Below are positions 25,768-34,384 of a stretch of 64,000 nucleotides of DNA, piece after piece. Under the pieces are notes generated by a model, which saw only the letters and a list, made by a program, of their open reading frames with translations, was not told the DNA's origin and searched no databases. The position numbers were made by a program, and so were the translations under genes. Within the stretch, counting starts at the first letter, position 1. Every line of letters starts with the position of its first letter. The DNA comes from Vicinamibacteria bacterium (GTDB lineage Bacteria > Acidobacteriota > Vicinamibacteria > Fen-336): contig DATMML010000051.1 in assembly GCA_035570235.1 (NCBI GenBank), positions 892 through 64,891 of the forward strand, in the 5' to 3' direction.

Positions 25768-26403
25768 ATGCGGAGGGGCAGTGGTCAGCCGGGACGCAGC
25801 CGGCAACGCCGAGTCGAAATCCTGAGAAGCGCGGCCGCCGCTTTCCGTCGGCGCGGCTACCACGGGGCCAGCGTGGGGGAGATCGCCCGCGACCTCCGCA
25901 TGACCAAGGGGAGCCTCTATTACTACTTCAAGAACAAGGAGGAGATCCTCTACTTTTGCCATGACTACTCGCTCGACATCCTCCTCGACCTCCTGGCCCG
26001 GGTGGAGAGGGAGACGCGCTCCCCGGACGAGCGCCTGCGTCAGCTCATCGTGTCCTTCGTGCACATGATCATCGACGAGCTGCAGGGAACCGCCCTCACC
26101 ATGGACCTGCAAGCCCTCTCTCCGCGGCTGCTACGGAAGGTGATCGCCAAGCGCGACCTGTTTGACCGCGGCGTCCGGCGCGTCTTGAAGGAAGGGATGG
26201 ACCGCGGACTCTTCGTTTCCGGCGACCCGAAGCTATTGACCTTTGCCATTCTGGGGGCGGTGAACTGGATCACGCGCTGGTTCGATCCCCGGGGCCCCGC
26301 CCGCTCGGAGGAGATCGCTCAGGCTTTCGCCGACTACTTGCTGGCCGGCTTGCTCCGGCCCGCCGCCGCGCGCGGACGCTCCCCCCGGCGCGCCCTCGCG
26401 TGA
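25768..26403 (+). CDS. TetR/AcrR-family transcriptional regulator
   Basis: ILRSAAAAFRRRGYHGASVGEIARDLRMTKGSLYYYFKNKEEIL HTH. Confidence 0.9.
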   Translation: MRRGSGQPGRSRQRRVEILRSAAAAFRRRGYHGASVGEIARDLRMTKGSLYYYFKNKEEILYFCHDYSLDILLDLLARVERETRSPDERLRQLIVSFVHMIIDELQGTALTMDLQALSPRLLRKVIAKRDLFDRGVRRVLKEGMDRGLFVSGDPKLLTFAILGAVNWITRWFDPRGPARSEEIAQAFADYLLAGLLRPAAARGRSPRRALA

Positions 26404-28580
26404 GGGTCAAAGAGGCCTTCGCGAACCTGCTCCTGAGCGCGCTCACCGTCCTCCTGTTCGTGGGGGGGGCCGAAGGAGTCTGCCGCCTCCTCGAGAGGGG
26501 GCGGCCGGCGGCCCCGCGGGCGGCCGCTTACATCACGGACTGGAACTGGGAGGGGGACTTCTATACGGTCAAGTCCACCGCCGCGGGCTGGCCTCCTTGG
26601 GAAGACTACAACAGCGACGGGCTGCGGGACCGGGAACGGGCGGTGGAGAAGCCGACGGGAGTGCGGCGGCTGATCTGCCTCGGGGACAGCACCACCCTCG
26701 GTTGGGGGATCCGTCCGCAGGAGGCCTACCCCCAGGTGCTCCAGGACCTGCTCGAGTCGAAGGGGGAGCGGACCGAGGTCTTCAACCTGGCCCTGGGTGG
26801 CTGGTCCACCCGCCAAGAGCTGATCGCTTACCGCCGCATCGCGCGCAAGTACCGGCCGGACGAGGTTCTGATCGGGGTATGCCTGAACGACGTTCCCGAA
26901 ATGCAGAACAACCTGAGCCGCCCCCCCGCTTGGCTGGCCGCGATTCACGAGCGCTCCGCCCTCGTGCGGCGCCTCGTTCGAGCCCAGGACCGAGAGATCG
27001 CGGATGTGGAGGAGCTCTTCACGCATAAGGACTCACCCAAGGTACGCGAGGCTTTCGGGCGCATGTTCGCCGACATGCGCATCCTGCGCGATGAGGTGCG
27101 GGCGGACGGGGCCACTTTCGCGGTCCTCATCTTCCCTTTTCGCCTCCAAGTCCTTCCCGGTGCGCCACCCCCTACCGCCCAACGGACGATCGTGGACTTC
27201 TGCCGCACGGAGGGAATTCCCGTGCTCGATCTCCTGCCCGCGCTTCGCCCCGCGGGGGAGTCCGCCTTCATCGACTACGACCACTTCAGTCCCGCCGGGG
27301 CCCGCCTCGTGGCCGAGCAGATCCTGGCCTCTGGCCTCTTGGCGGAGTCGGGCTCGTTGCCCCCCCGTGACACCCCCGCCTCTCTGCCTCCGAACCCCAG
27401 CCAGGCCCTTCCCGCTCTCCTCGTCGACCTTCGCAGCGGGAACGAAAGGAGTCGGCTCGAAGCCGCCCGGGCTCTGGGCCAGATGGGGGCGCAGGCCAAG
27501 GCCGCCGAATCCTCGCTGATTGGTCTCCTCGACGACCCGAGCCCGCGCGTGCGCGTGGCTGCGACATGGGCGGTGGCCCGGCTCCGGCCGCTCCCCGCGG
27601 CCGCCCTCGCCGGCCTCCTCCGTCGGCTCCAGGATCCCGCGCCGGGCGTGCGCGCCGGCGCGGCCCGGGCCCTCGGGGAGATGGGCGATGCGGGCAAGCC
27701 CGCGTTGCTGCCCCTCGTGGAGCGGCTGCGCGACGAGGACGAGACGGTCCGCGCACGGGCGGGGGAGAGCCTGTCCGAGATCGGGCCCGACACCGAGGGC
27801 TGCCGGCGAGCGCTCGTCAGCCTCCTCGCTGATAGCACTGCTCCCGGGCGCGCGGAGGCGGCGGGGGCGCTGGGCCGGCTGGGGCCGGGGGCCCTGGACG
27901 CCGTGCCTGTCCTCAGTTCTGCCCTCGAAGACACGCGCGAGGCGGTGCGTGGGCGCGCGGCCTGGGCCCTGGGTGAGATCGGCCCCGGAGCGTGGAGGGC
28001 GGTGCCCGCCCTCCTGGCCGCGTTCCGGGATCCGGGCATCCGCTGGCGGGTGGCCGACGCCTTTGGCGGCATCGGCCCCGGGGCGGCGGCGGCGGTGCCC
28101 GACCTTATGGCCGCCACGAAGGACGAGAGCAGCAACGTGCGTTGGCGCTCGATCCAGGCCCTGGGCCGGATCGGTGCCCCGGCCGAACGGGCTACGCCCA
28201 CCCTCGTGGAAGCTCTCGGCGATCCTGGCCCCAACGTCCGTCTGGGCGCACTGACCGCCCTGGCCCAAATCGGCGCCGACCCCGCCGTGCTCCTTTCCGC
28301 CCACGAGCGTGTGCTCGCCGACCCCGACACCCGTGTGCGCAGCGAGGCGGTGAACGGTCTGGGGCGGATGGGTCCCCGCGGCCGACCGGCGGCGGGCGCC
28401 CTCGCGCAGCGCCTGCGGGATGAGGATCCTGGCGTGCGCGCCCGGGCCGCCCGGGCGCTGGGCCGCCTGGGCAAGCTTCCTCCCGCGGTGGTCGCGGCGC
28501 TCGCCGCCGCGCGGAGCGACCCCGACGGGGCGGTTCGCGACGAGGCGGAAAAGGCGCTCCGCAAGGCGGGGGTAGGGTGA
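26400..28580 (+). CDS. Membrane-anchored SGNH/GDSL hydrolase fused to about 11 PBS-lyase-type HEAT repeats
   Basis: GTG 26400 overlaps the TetR stop (GTGA). N-terminal TM. RLICLGDSTTLGWG (GDS block), GVCLNDV, DYDHFSP. From about 27400 there are ~31-aa repeats such as DPSPRVRVAATWAVARL, DEDETVRARAGESLSEIG, DESSNVRWRSIQALGRIG. Confidence 0.8.
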   Translation: MRVKEAFANLLLSALTVLLFVGGAEGVCRLLERGRPAAPRAAAYITDWNWEGDFYTVKSTAAGWPPWEDYNSDGLRDRERAVEKPTGVRRLICLGDSTTLGWGIRPQEAYPQVLQDLLESKGERTEVFNLALGGWSTRQELIAYRRIARKYRPDEVLIGVCLNDVPEMQNNLSRPPAWLAAIHERSALVRRLVRAQDREIADVEELFTHKDSPKVREAFGRMFADMRILRDEVRADGATFAVLIFPFRLQVLPGAPPPTAQRTIVDFCRTEGIPVLDLLPALRPAGESAFIDYDHFSPAGARLVAEQILASGLLAESGSLPPRDTPASLPPNPSQALPALLVDLRSGNERSRLEAARALGQMGAQAKAAESSLIGLLDDPSPRVRVAATWAVARLRPLPAAALAGLLRRLQDPAPGVRAGAARALGEMGDAGKPALLPLVERLRDEDETVRARAGESLSEIGPDTEGCRRALVSLLADSTAPGRAEAAGALGRLGPGALDAVPVLSSALEDTREAVRGRAAWALGEIGPGAWRAVPALLAAFRDPGIRWRVADAFGGIGPGAAAAVPDLMAATKDESSNVRWRSIQALGRIGAPAERATPTLVEALGDPGPNVRLGALTALAQIGADPAVLLSAHERVLADPDTRVRSEAVNGLGRMGPRGRPAAGALAQRLRDEDPGVRARAARALGRLGKLPPAVVAALAAARSDPDGAVRDEAEKALRKAGVG

Positions 28581-28598
28581 GGCTCCCCGGGGGCGGCC

Positions 28599-28626
28599 TT
28601 GACCACCCCCGGCCGCGATCTATAAT
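28599..28626 (+). promoter_or_regulatory. Strong sigma-70-like promoter (TTGACC-16-TATAAT) for the molybdoenzyme operon
   Basis: TTGACC at 28599-28604 and TATAAT at 28621-28626. This is the best consensus match I saw in the window. Confidence 0.6.
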
Positions 28627-28630
28627 GGAG

Positions 28631-28648
28631 TTTGAACGAGCGTTCAAA
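28631..28648 (+). promoter_or_regulatory. 18-bp palindromic operator candidate TTTGAACG-AG-CGTTCAAA just downstream of the -10 box
   Basis: Perfect 8-bp arms. The AT-rich block stands out against the G+C-rich background and overlaps the predicted transcription start. Confidence 0.55.
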
Positions 28649-28659
28649 TTCAGCGGGGC

Positions 28660-29163
28660 GTGCGCATGGAGAAGATTCGGGTCCGTCTCAAGGTGAACGG
28701 GGAGGACCGGGAGGTCCTGGCCGTTGTCCACCACACCCTTCTGGAAGTGCTCCGGGAAGAGATGGGCCTCGCCGGTACCAAGCATGGCTGTGAACTGGGG
28801 GAGTGTGGCACCTGCACCGTCCTCCTGGACGGAAGGCCCGTCCTCTCTTGCCTCACCCTGCCCGTGGAGTGTGCGGGGCGGCAGGTCACGACGGTAGAGG
28901 GCTTGGCCGAGCGAGGCGTGCTCCACCCGCTGCAGCAGGCCTTCATCGAGCTCGGTGCCGCGCAGTGTGGGTACTGCACGCCCGGGTTCCTGCTCGTGGC
29001 CGAGAGGCTGCTCCGAGAGAACCCTCATCCCTCCCGGCCCGAGATCGCAGAGGCCCTCGCCGGCAACCTCTGTCGGTGCACGGGGTACTTGAAGATATTT
29101 GAAGCGGTCGAGCTCGCGGCGGCGCGGATGCGTGACCAGGCGGGGGAGGCGGTTCGTGCCTGA
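28660..29163 (+). CDS. [2Fe-2S]-binding small subunit of a xanthine-dehydrogenase-family molybdoenzyme (HcrC/CoxS-like)
   Basis: CELGECGTCTV...LSCL and CGYCTPG...CRCTGY cluster motifs. The start is GTG 28660 or ATG 28666. Confidence 0.9.
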   Translation: MRMEKIRVRLKVNGEDREVLAVVHHTLLEVLREEMGLAGTKHGCELGECGTCTVLLDGRPVLSCLTLPVECAGRQVTTVEGLAERGVLHPLQQAFIELGAAQCGYCTPGFLLVAERLLRENPHPSRPEIAEALAGNLCRCTGYLKIFEAVELAAARMRDQAGEAVRA

Positions 29164-31546
29164 GGAGACACGCCGCGATCTCCGGGTGGTCGGCCAACCG
29201 CTGCCCAAGGTGGACGCCGCGGCCAAGGTCACCGGCCAGACGCTCTTCGCGGATGACGTCGAGCTACCCCGCATGGCCTACGCCAAGCTCTTGCGCTCGC
29301 CGCATCCCCACGCGCGCATACGCAAGCTCGACGCGTCCAAAGCGGCCGCGCTCCCCGGCGTCCTCGCCACCCTGGTGGGGACCGAACTACCCATTCCATT
29401 CGGCATCTTGCCCGTCAGTCAAGACGAGCACGCCCTAGCCATAGATAAGGTCCGTTTCGTGGGCGATCCGGTGGCGGCGGTGGCCGCCGTCGACGAGGAG
29501 ACGGCGGAGGCGGCCTGTCGGCTGGTGGAGGTGGACTACGAGGTCCTGCCCGACCTCATGTCCATGGAGGAAGCCCTGGCCCGACCCGAGGCCCGCATCC
29601 ACGAGTACGGGCCGCGGGGCAACGTCCACAAGGAGGTCTCCTTCGATTTCGGCGACGTCGAGGAAGGCTTTCGCGAGGCCGAATACGTCCGCGAGGATAC
29701 GTTCTACTTCGAGGGAAACACCCACCTGCCGATGGAGCAGCACGCGGCCGTCGGCTCGTTCGGGCCCGACGGCAAGCTCACGCTCTGGTCCTCCACCCAG
29801 ACCCCGCATTATGTCCACCGCGCGGTGGCCCGGGTGTTAGGGATGTCGCCCGCGCACGTGAGGGTCATTGCCTGTCCGAACGGGGGCGGCTTCGGGGGCA
29901 AGAGTGACCCCTTCGGCCACGAGATCGTAGTGGGCAAGCTCTCCATGAAGACGGGCCGGCCCGTCAAGATCACCCTCACCCGAGAGGAGGTCTTCTACTG
30001 CCACCGCGGCCGGCACCCCGTGTCGATGTGGATGAAGACCGGGCTCAAGAGAGACGGCACCATCACCGCCATGCACTTCCGCTCCGCCCTCGACGGGGGA
30101 GGCTACGGCAGCTACGGTGTGGCCAGCCTCTACTACACGGGAGCCCTGCAGACCGTGACCTACCGTATCCCCCGCTACAAGTTTGAAGGAGTGCGCGTCT
30201 TCACCAACAAGCCCCCCTGCGGTCCCAAGCGGGGCCACGGCACGCCCCAGCCACGCTACGCCCTGGAGTGCCACATCGACAAGTTCTGCCACGACCTGGG
30301 CCTCGACCCCGCGGAGTGGCGGCTGCGCCACACTCTCGCCCCCGGCACCATTACCGCGAACCAGATGCAGGTGAAGACCATCGGCCTCCGGGAGTGCCTG
30401 GAGCGGGTGATCACGCGAAGCGGCTACCGTGAGAAACGGGGCAAACTCGGACCCGGTCGGGGCATTGCCCTCGCGGGCTCGGCCTACATCAGCGGCGCGG
30501 GTCTTCCCATCTATTGGAACGCGATGCCCCACTCGGGCGTTCAGATCAAGGTGGACCGCGGCGGGGGGGTGGCCGTCTTTTGCGGCTCCACCGATATCGG
30601 GCAGGGCTCCGACTCGGTGCTCGCTTACATCGTGGCCGAGGAACTCGGCATCGAGCCCGCGGATGTCCGGGTCGTCACCGCCGATACCGACCTCACGCCG
30701 GTAGACCTCGGCTCCTACTCTTCCCGGGTCACCCTCATGACCGGCAACGCCACCCTCGAAGCCGTGCGCAAGGTGCGCAAGTTGATCCTCGAGGCCGCCG
30801 CCCGCAAGCTGGAGGTGCCGGTCGAGCGCTTGCTCTGCGCCGCCCGCCGGATATGGGATGCTCAAGAACCCGCCCGGGGGCTGCCCTTCGCGGAGGCCGT
30901 GGTCTTGGCGGAGGGCGAGCACGGCACCCTGGGGGCGGTCGGCTCCTATAAGCCACCCCGAAGCGTGGCCCGCTGGAAAGGGGCGGGGGTCGGCCCTACG
31001 CCGACCTACTCGTATTCCGCAGCCGCGGTCGAGCTCTCAGCCGACCGCGAGACGGGACTCATCCGCGTGGACAAGGTCTGGATCGCGCACGACGTGGGGA
31101 AGTCGATCAACCCCCTGCTCGTCATCGGCCAGGTCGAAGGCTCGGTCTACATGGGCCTGGGTGAGGTTCTGATGGAGGAGCAGGTCTTCCGGAAGGGCCG
31201 CCACAAGATCCCTTCCATGCTCGAGTACAAGAGCCCGACCACCCTGGAGATGCCGCCCGTGGAGTCGATTCTGATCGAGACCCTTGACCCCGAGGGCCCC
31301 TACGGGGCCAAGGAATGTGGCCAGGGGCCGCTGCTGCCCGTGATCCCCGCCGTGGCCAACGCTCTCTTCGAGGCTCTGGGGGTGCGGGTAGACGAGGTCC
31401 CGATCACTCCGGAGAAGGTGCTGGCCGCCCTCGAAGGTCGCTACCGACCTCCCCGCATGCCGGCGTTCCGGTACCCGGAGACGGTGGTGGTTCCACCCCT
31501 GGAGCCCGCGACGCCCGCCGCCGTTCCCGAAGGGGTGCGCACATGA
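29156..31546 (+). CDS. Molybdopterin-binding large subunit of a xanthine-dehydrogenase-family enzyme (HcrA-like)
   Basis: GTG 29156 overlaps the small-subunit stop. VGQPLPKVDAAAKVTGQTLFADD, GGGFGGK, ...ECGQGPLLPVIPAVANA. Confidence 0.9.
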   Translation: MPEETRRDLRVVGQPLPKVDAAAKVTGQTLFADDVELPRMAYAKLLRSPHPHARIRKLDASKAAALPGVLATLVGTELPIPFGILPVSQDEHALAIDKVRFVGDPVAAVAAVDEETAEAACRLVEVDYEVLPDLMSMEEALARPEARIHEYGPRGNVHKEVSFDFGDVEEGFREAEYVREDTFYFEGNTHLPMEQHAAVGSFGPDGKLTLWSSTQTPHYVHRAVARVLGMSPAHVRVIACPNGGGFGGKSDPFGHEIVVGKLSMKTGRPVKITLTREEVFYCHRGRHPVSMWMKTGLKRDGTITAMHFRSALDGGGYGSYGVASLYYTGALQTVTYRIPRYKFEGVRVFTNKPPCGPKRGHGTPQPRYALECHIDKFCHDLGLDPAEWRLRHTLAPGTITANQMQVKTIGLRECLERVITRSGYREKRGKLGPGRGIALAGSAYISGAGLPIYWNAMPHSGVQIKVDRGGGVAVFCGSTDIGQGSDSVLAYIVAEELGIEPADVRVVTADTDLTPVDLGSYSSRVTLMTGNATLEAVRKVRKLILEAAARKLEVPVERLLCAARRIWDAQEPARGLPFAEAVVLAEGEHGTLGAVGSYKPPRSVARWKGAGVGPTPTYSYSAAAVELSADRETGLIRVDKVWIAHDVGKSINPLLVIGQVEGSVYMGLGEVLMEEQVFRKGRHKIPSMLEYKSPTTLEMPPVESILIETLDPEGPYGAKECGQGPLLPVIPAVANALFEALGVRVDEVPITPEKVLAALEGRYRPPRMPAFRYPETVVVPPLEPATPAAVPEGVRT

Positions 31547-32550
31547 TGAGACTCCCGCCCTTCCGGTACATCGTCGCCCGCACCGCCCGCGAAGCGGCGA
31601 CGATCCTGGCTGACCACGGCCCGGAGGCGATGGCCGTGGCCGGCGGCACCGATCTTCTGCCCAATATGAAGCGGCGGCAGTTCGAGCCGAAGATCCTGGT
31701 GGGCTTGCGTGGGATCGCGGAAGCGGAGGGTATCTCCCCGAACGGGGGTCTGCGGCTCGGGGCCCTGGCCACCCTCACCGAGGTTGCGGAGCATCGCGTG
31801 GTCGGAACGCGCTGGCCGAGCCTCGCCCGCTCCGCGGGCCTCGTGTCCTCGCCCCCCCTCCGTAACGCCGGCACCATCGGCGGTAACCTCTGCGTGGACA
31901 CCCGCTGCAACTACTACAACCAGTCGGAGTTCTGGCGGGCCTCCGTCGGCTACTGCATGAAGAAAGACGGTGACATTTGCCTCGTGGCCCCCGGCTCCAA
32001 GGTGTGCTGGGCGCTGTCATCCTCCGACACAGCCCCCGTCATGATCTCGCTCGAGGCCGAGGTCACCCTCGTGGGCCCGCAGGGGGCCCGACGCGTCCCG
32101 GCTCGCTCCCTTTATGGCCCGGACGGCATCCACTACCTCGCCAAGAGCCCGGAGGAGATCCTGACCCAGATCCACGTCCCCGCGCGCGAAGGCTGGCTCA
32201 TGACTTATCGCAAGCTGCGGCGCCGCGGCTCCATCGATTTCCCGATCCTGGGCGTGGCCGCGGCCGTGCGCCTCGTGAAGGGGCGGGTGGAGGAGGCGCG
32301 GATCGTTCTGGGGGCGGTGCACGTGGCCCCGGTGGAGGCGAAGGACGCCCAGGAGTTCTTGCGTGGCAAGAGGCTCGACATCGAGACCATTGAGATGGCG
32401 TCCGGCATCGCCTACAAGCCGGCCAAGCCCCTGGACAACGCGGACCTCGTTTACTCATGGCGCAAACGGATGGCTCGCATCGAGGTGGCGCGGGCGTTGC
32501 GCGAGCTGGCAGGGCTGCCCACAGGAGACCTGCCTCCGATCCGGGCGTGA
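31543..32550 (+). CDS. FAD-binding medium subunit with an inserted 4-Cys loop (HcrB-like)
   Basis: ATGA overlap with the large subunit. AVAGGTDLLPNMK FAD motif. Cys122-x15-Cys138-x7-Cys146-x8-Cys155 (nt 31906-32007). Confidence 0.85.
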   Translation: MMRLPPFRYIVARTAREAATILADHGPEAMAVAGGTDLLPNMKRRQFEPKILVGLRGIAEAEGISPNGGLRLGALATLTEVAEHRVVGTRWPSLARSAGLVSSPPLRNAGTIGGNLCVDTRCNYYNQSEFWRASVGYCMKKDGDICLVAPGSKVCWALSSSDTAPVMISLEAEVTLVGPQGARRVPARSLYGPDGIHYLAKSPEEILTQIHVPAREGWLMTYRKLRRRGSIDFPILGVAAAVRLVKGRVEEARIVLGAVHVAPVEAKDAQEFLRGKRLDIETIEMASGIAYKPAKPLDNADLVYSWRKRMARIEVARALRELAGLPTGDLPPIRA

Positions 32551-32646
32551 GCCCTCGCCCGCCCTCGTGCCCGCTTCAGCTGCCGCCTTGGAGCCCCCGA
32601 GGGTGAAGCTCCCGAGCCGCGCCCGCCCGCTCGTGCGGAGGGCGCT

Positions 32647-34350
32647 ATGACTTGGCTGCGGGCCCTCGGTCTCTACACGCTCCTGACCGTGCTCCTGACC
32701 TGGCCCCTGGCCTCCCAACTCCACATCATCGACCCCGGGGACTCGGCCTTCTTCGCCTGGGTCATGGGATGGGAGGTCCATGCTTTGAGGACCGATCCCG
32801 CCCGGCTTCCTCACGCCAATATCTTCCACCCCCTCCGCTACACGCTGGGCATGGACGAGCCGGTGCTAGGGACCACCCTCCTGGCCCTACCCCTCCTGCC
32901 CTTCACGGACGACGCGGTCTTCCTGTTCAACCTGGTGCGGCTCCTCACCTTCATCTGCTCCGGCCTCACTACCTACTGGCTGGCTCGCGAACTGGGCTGC
33001 GGGGAAGGGGCGGCACTCTTCGCGGGAGCAGCCTTCGCCTTCTCCCCCATCCGGACCGATCAGATCGCCCACCTCTCCACCCTGGGCACCCAGTGGCTGC
33101 CGCTCCTCCTCCTCTTCATCGTCCGCTTCGCGCGCAGCGGACGAGCGCGCCACGCCTTTCTGGCGGCCCTCTTCTTCGTTCTTGCCTTTCTGGCCTGCGG
33201 CTACCATGGTTTGATCGGCCTCGCCGTCCTGCCCCCCGCCGTTATCGTGCTGCTGTGGGGGCGGCCGCGCCAGCTGCCGGCCGCGGTCCTGGCCGCCGCC
33301 GCCGCGGGCCTCGCCCTCCTCCCCCTCTACGCCCTGCACCGAGCCGCCCTGGAGCCGCAAGGGTACGCGCGGGGAGCGGAGGAGACGGTTTTCTTCTCCG
33401 CCTCCCTCGAATCGTTCCTCTCGACCGGACCCTGGAACCGGGTGTACGGCGATCTAACGGATCCCTTCCGCACCATCGGACCCAACAACCTCTTTCCCGG
33501 TCTGGTCGTGCCCGGCCTGGTGATGCTAGGCGGCCTCGGTCTCTGGAGGCGGCGCGCGCTCCCCGGTCGGGAATCGCTGGCCCTCCTCGTGCTCGCCCTG
33601 GCGGCGGCGGCGTTGGCCCTGGGGCCGGAGGTGCGCTGGATGGGGCATCGCCTCTTCACGGGGCCCTTCGCCTTGGCCCGCGAGCTCTTCCCCGTGTTCC
33701 GGATGATCCGTGTCTCGAGCCGGGCCGGCGTCTACGTCGCCCTGCCCCTCGTCCTGCTGGCCGCCCGTGTCCTGCAGGCCTGGCGCCCGCCCCCCCTCGC
33801 GTTCGCGGGCGTGGCCCTTCTCGCCCTTGGCGAGACCCTGATCGCTCCCATCCCGACCCCGGCCTGGGCCCAGGTCGTGGACACACGCCGGGAGCCGCCC
33901 CCCGTCTACCGCTGGCTGGCCGATCAGCCCGGTGAGCCTCCGGTAGTGCACCTCCCCATGCTCGGGATCGATGGGACATTCAAGCGGCCCGCCTACCACG
34001 AGAGTATCTACATGGTGCGCTCCACGAGGGACTGGAAGCCACTCGTGAACGGCTACGCGGGGATCGAGCCGGCCCTCTATCAGCGGTTGCGCTCCCTGGC
34101 GCGCACCTTCCCTTCGGAGGAATTCCTGGAGGCACTCCGACAGATCGGCACCCGCTACGTGATCCTGCACCGGGGCGGCTACGGCCCGAACCAATGGGCG
34201 CGCATCGAAGCCGGACTGCCGCAATTCCGTTCCTCGCTGAGGGAAGTCGCCCGCTTCGCGGGGGACTCCGTTTTCGAGTTGGAAGCGCCGCCGAGCGCGA
34301 GCGCGCTCGATACATTGAAATGGGGGCAGGGGGGTGTTAGCCTCCGGTGA
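32647..34350 (+). CDS. Large polytopic membrane protein, possibly a GT-C-type (ArnT/PMT-like) glycosyltransferase
   Basis: About 11 N-terminal TM helices plus a C-terminal soluble domain. The N-terminus LTWPLASQL...DPGDSAFFAWVMGW resembles uncharacterised GT-C-like families. The function is not supported beyond topology. Confidence 0.55.
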   Translation: MTWLRALGLYTLLTVLLTWPLASQLHIIDPGDSAFFAWVMGWEVHALRTDPARLPHANIFHPLRYTLGMDEPVLGTTLLALPLLPFTDDAVFLFNLVRLLTFICSGLTTYWLARELGCGEGAALFAGAAFAFSPIRTDQIAHLSTLGTQWLPLLLLFIVRFARSGRARHAFLAALFFVLAFLACGYHGLIGLAVLPPAVIVLLWGRPRQLPAAVLAAAAAGLALLPLYALHRAALEPQGYARGAEETVFFSASLESFLSTGPWNRVYGDLTDPFRTIGPNNLFPGLVVPGLVMLGGLGLWRRRALPGRESLALLVLALAAAALALGPEVRWMGHRLFTGPFALARELFPVFRMIRVSSRAGVYVALPLVLLAARVLQAWRPPPLAFAGVALLALGETLIAPIPTPAWAQVVDTRREPPPVYRWLADQPGEPPVVHLPMLGIDGTFKRPAYHESIYMVRSTRDWKPLVNGYAGIEPALYQRLRSLARTFPSEEFLEALRQIGTRYVILHRGGYGPNQWARIEAGLPQFRSSLREVARFAGDSVFELEAPPSASALDTLKWGQGGVSLR

Positions 34351-34384
34351 CAATTGGTCCTTGAGCCGCGCGGAGGGCGCCCCC

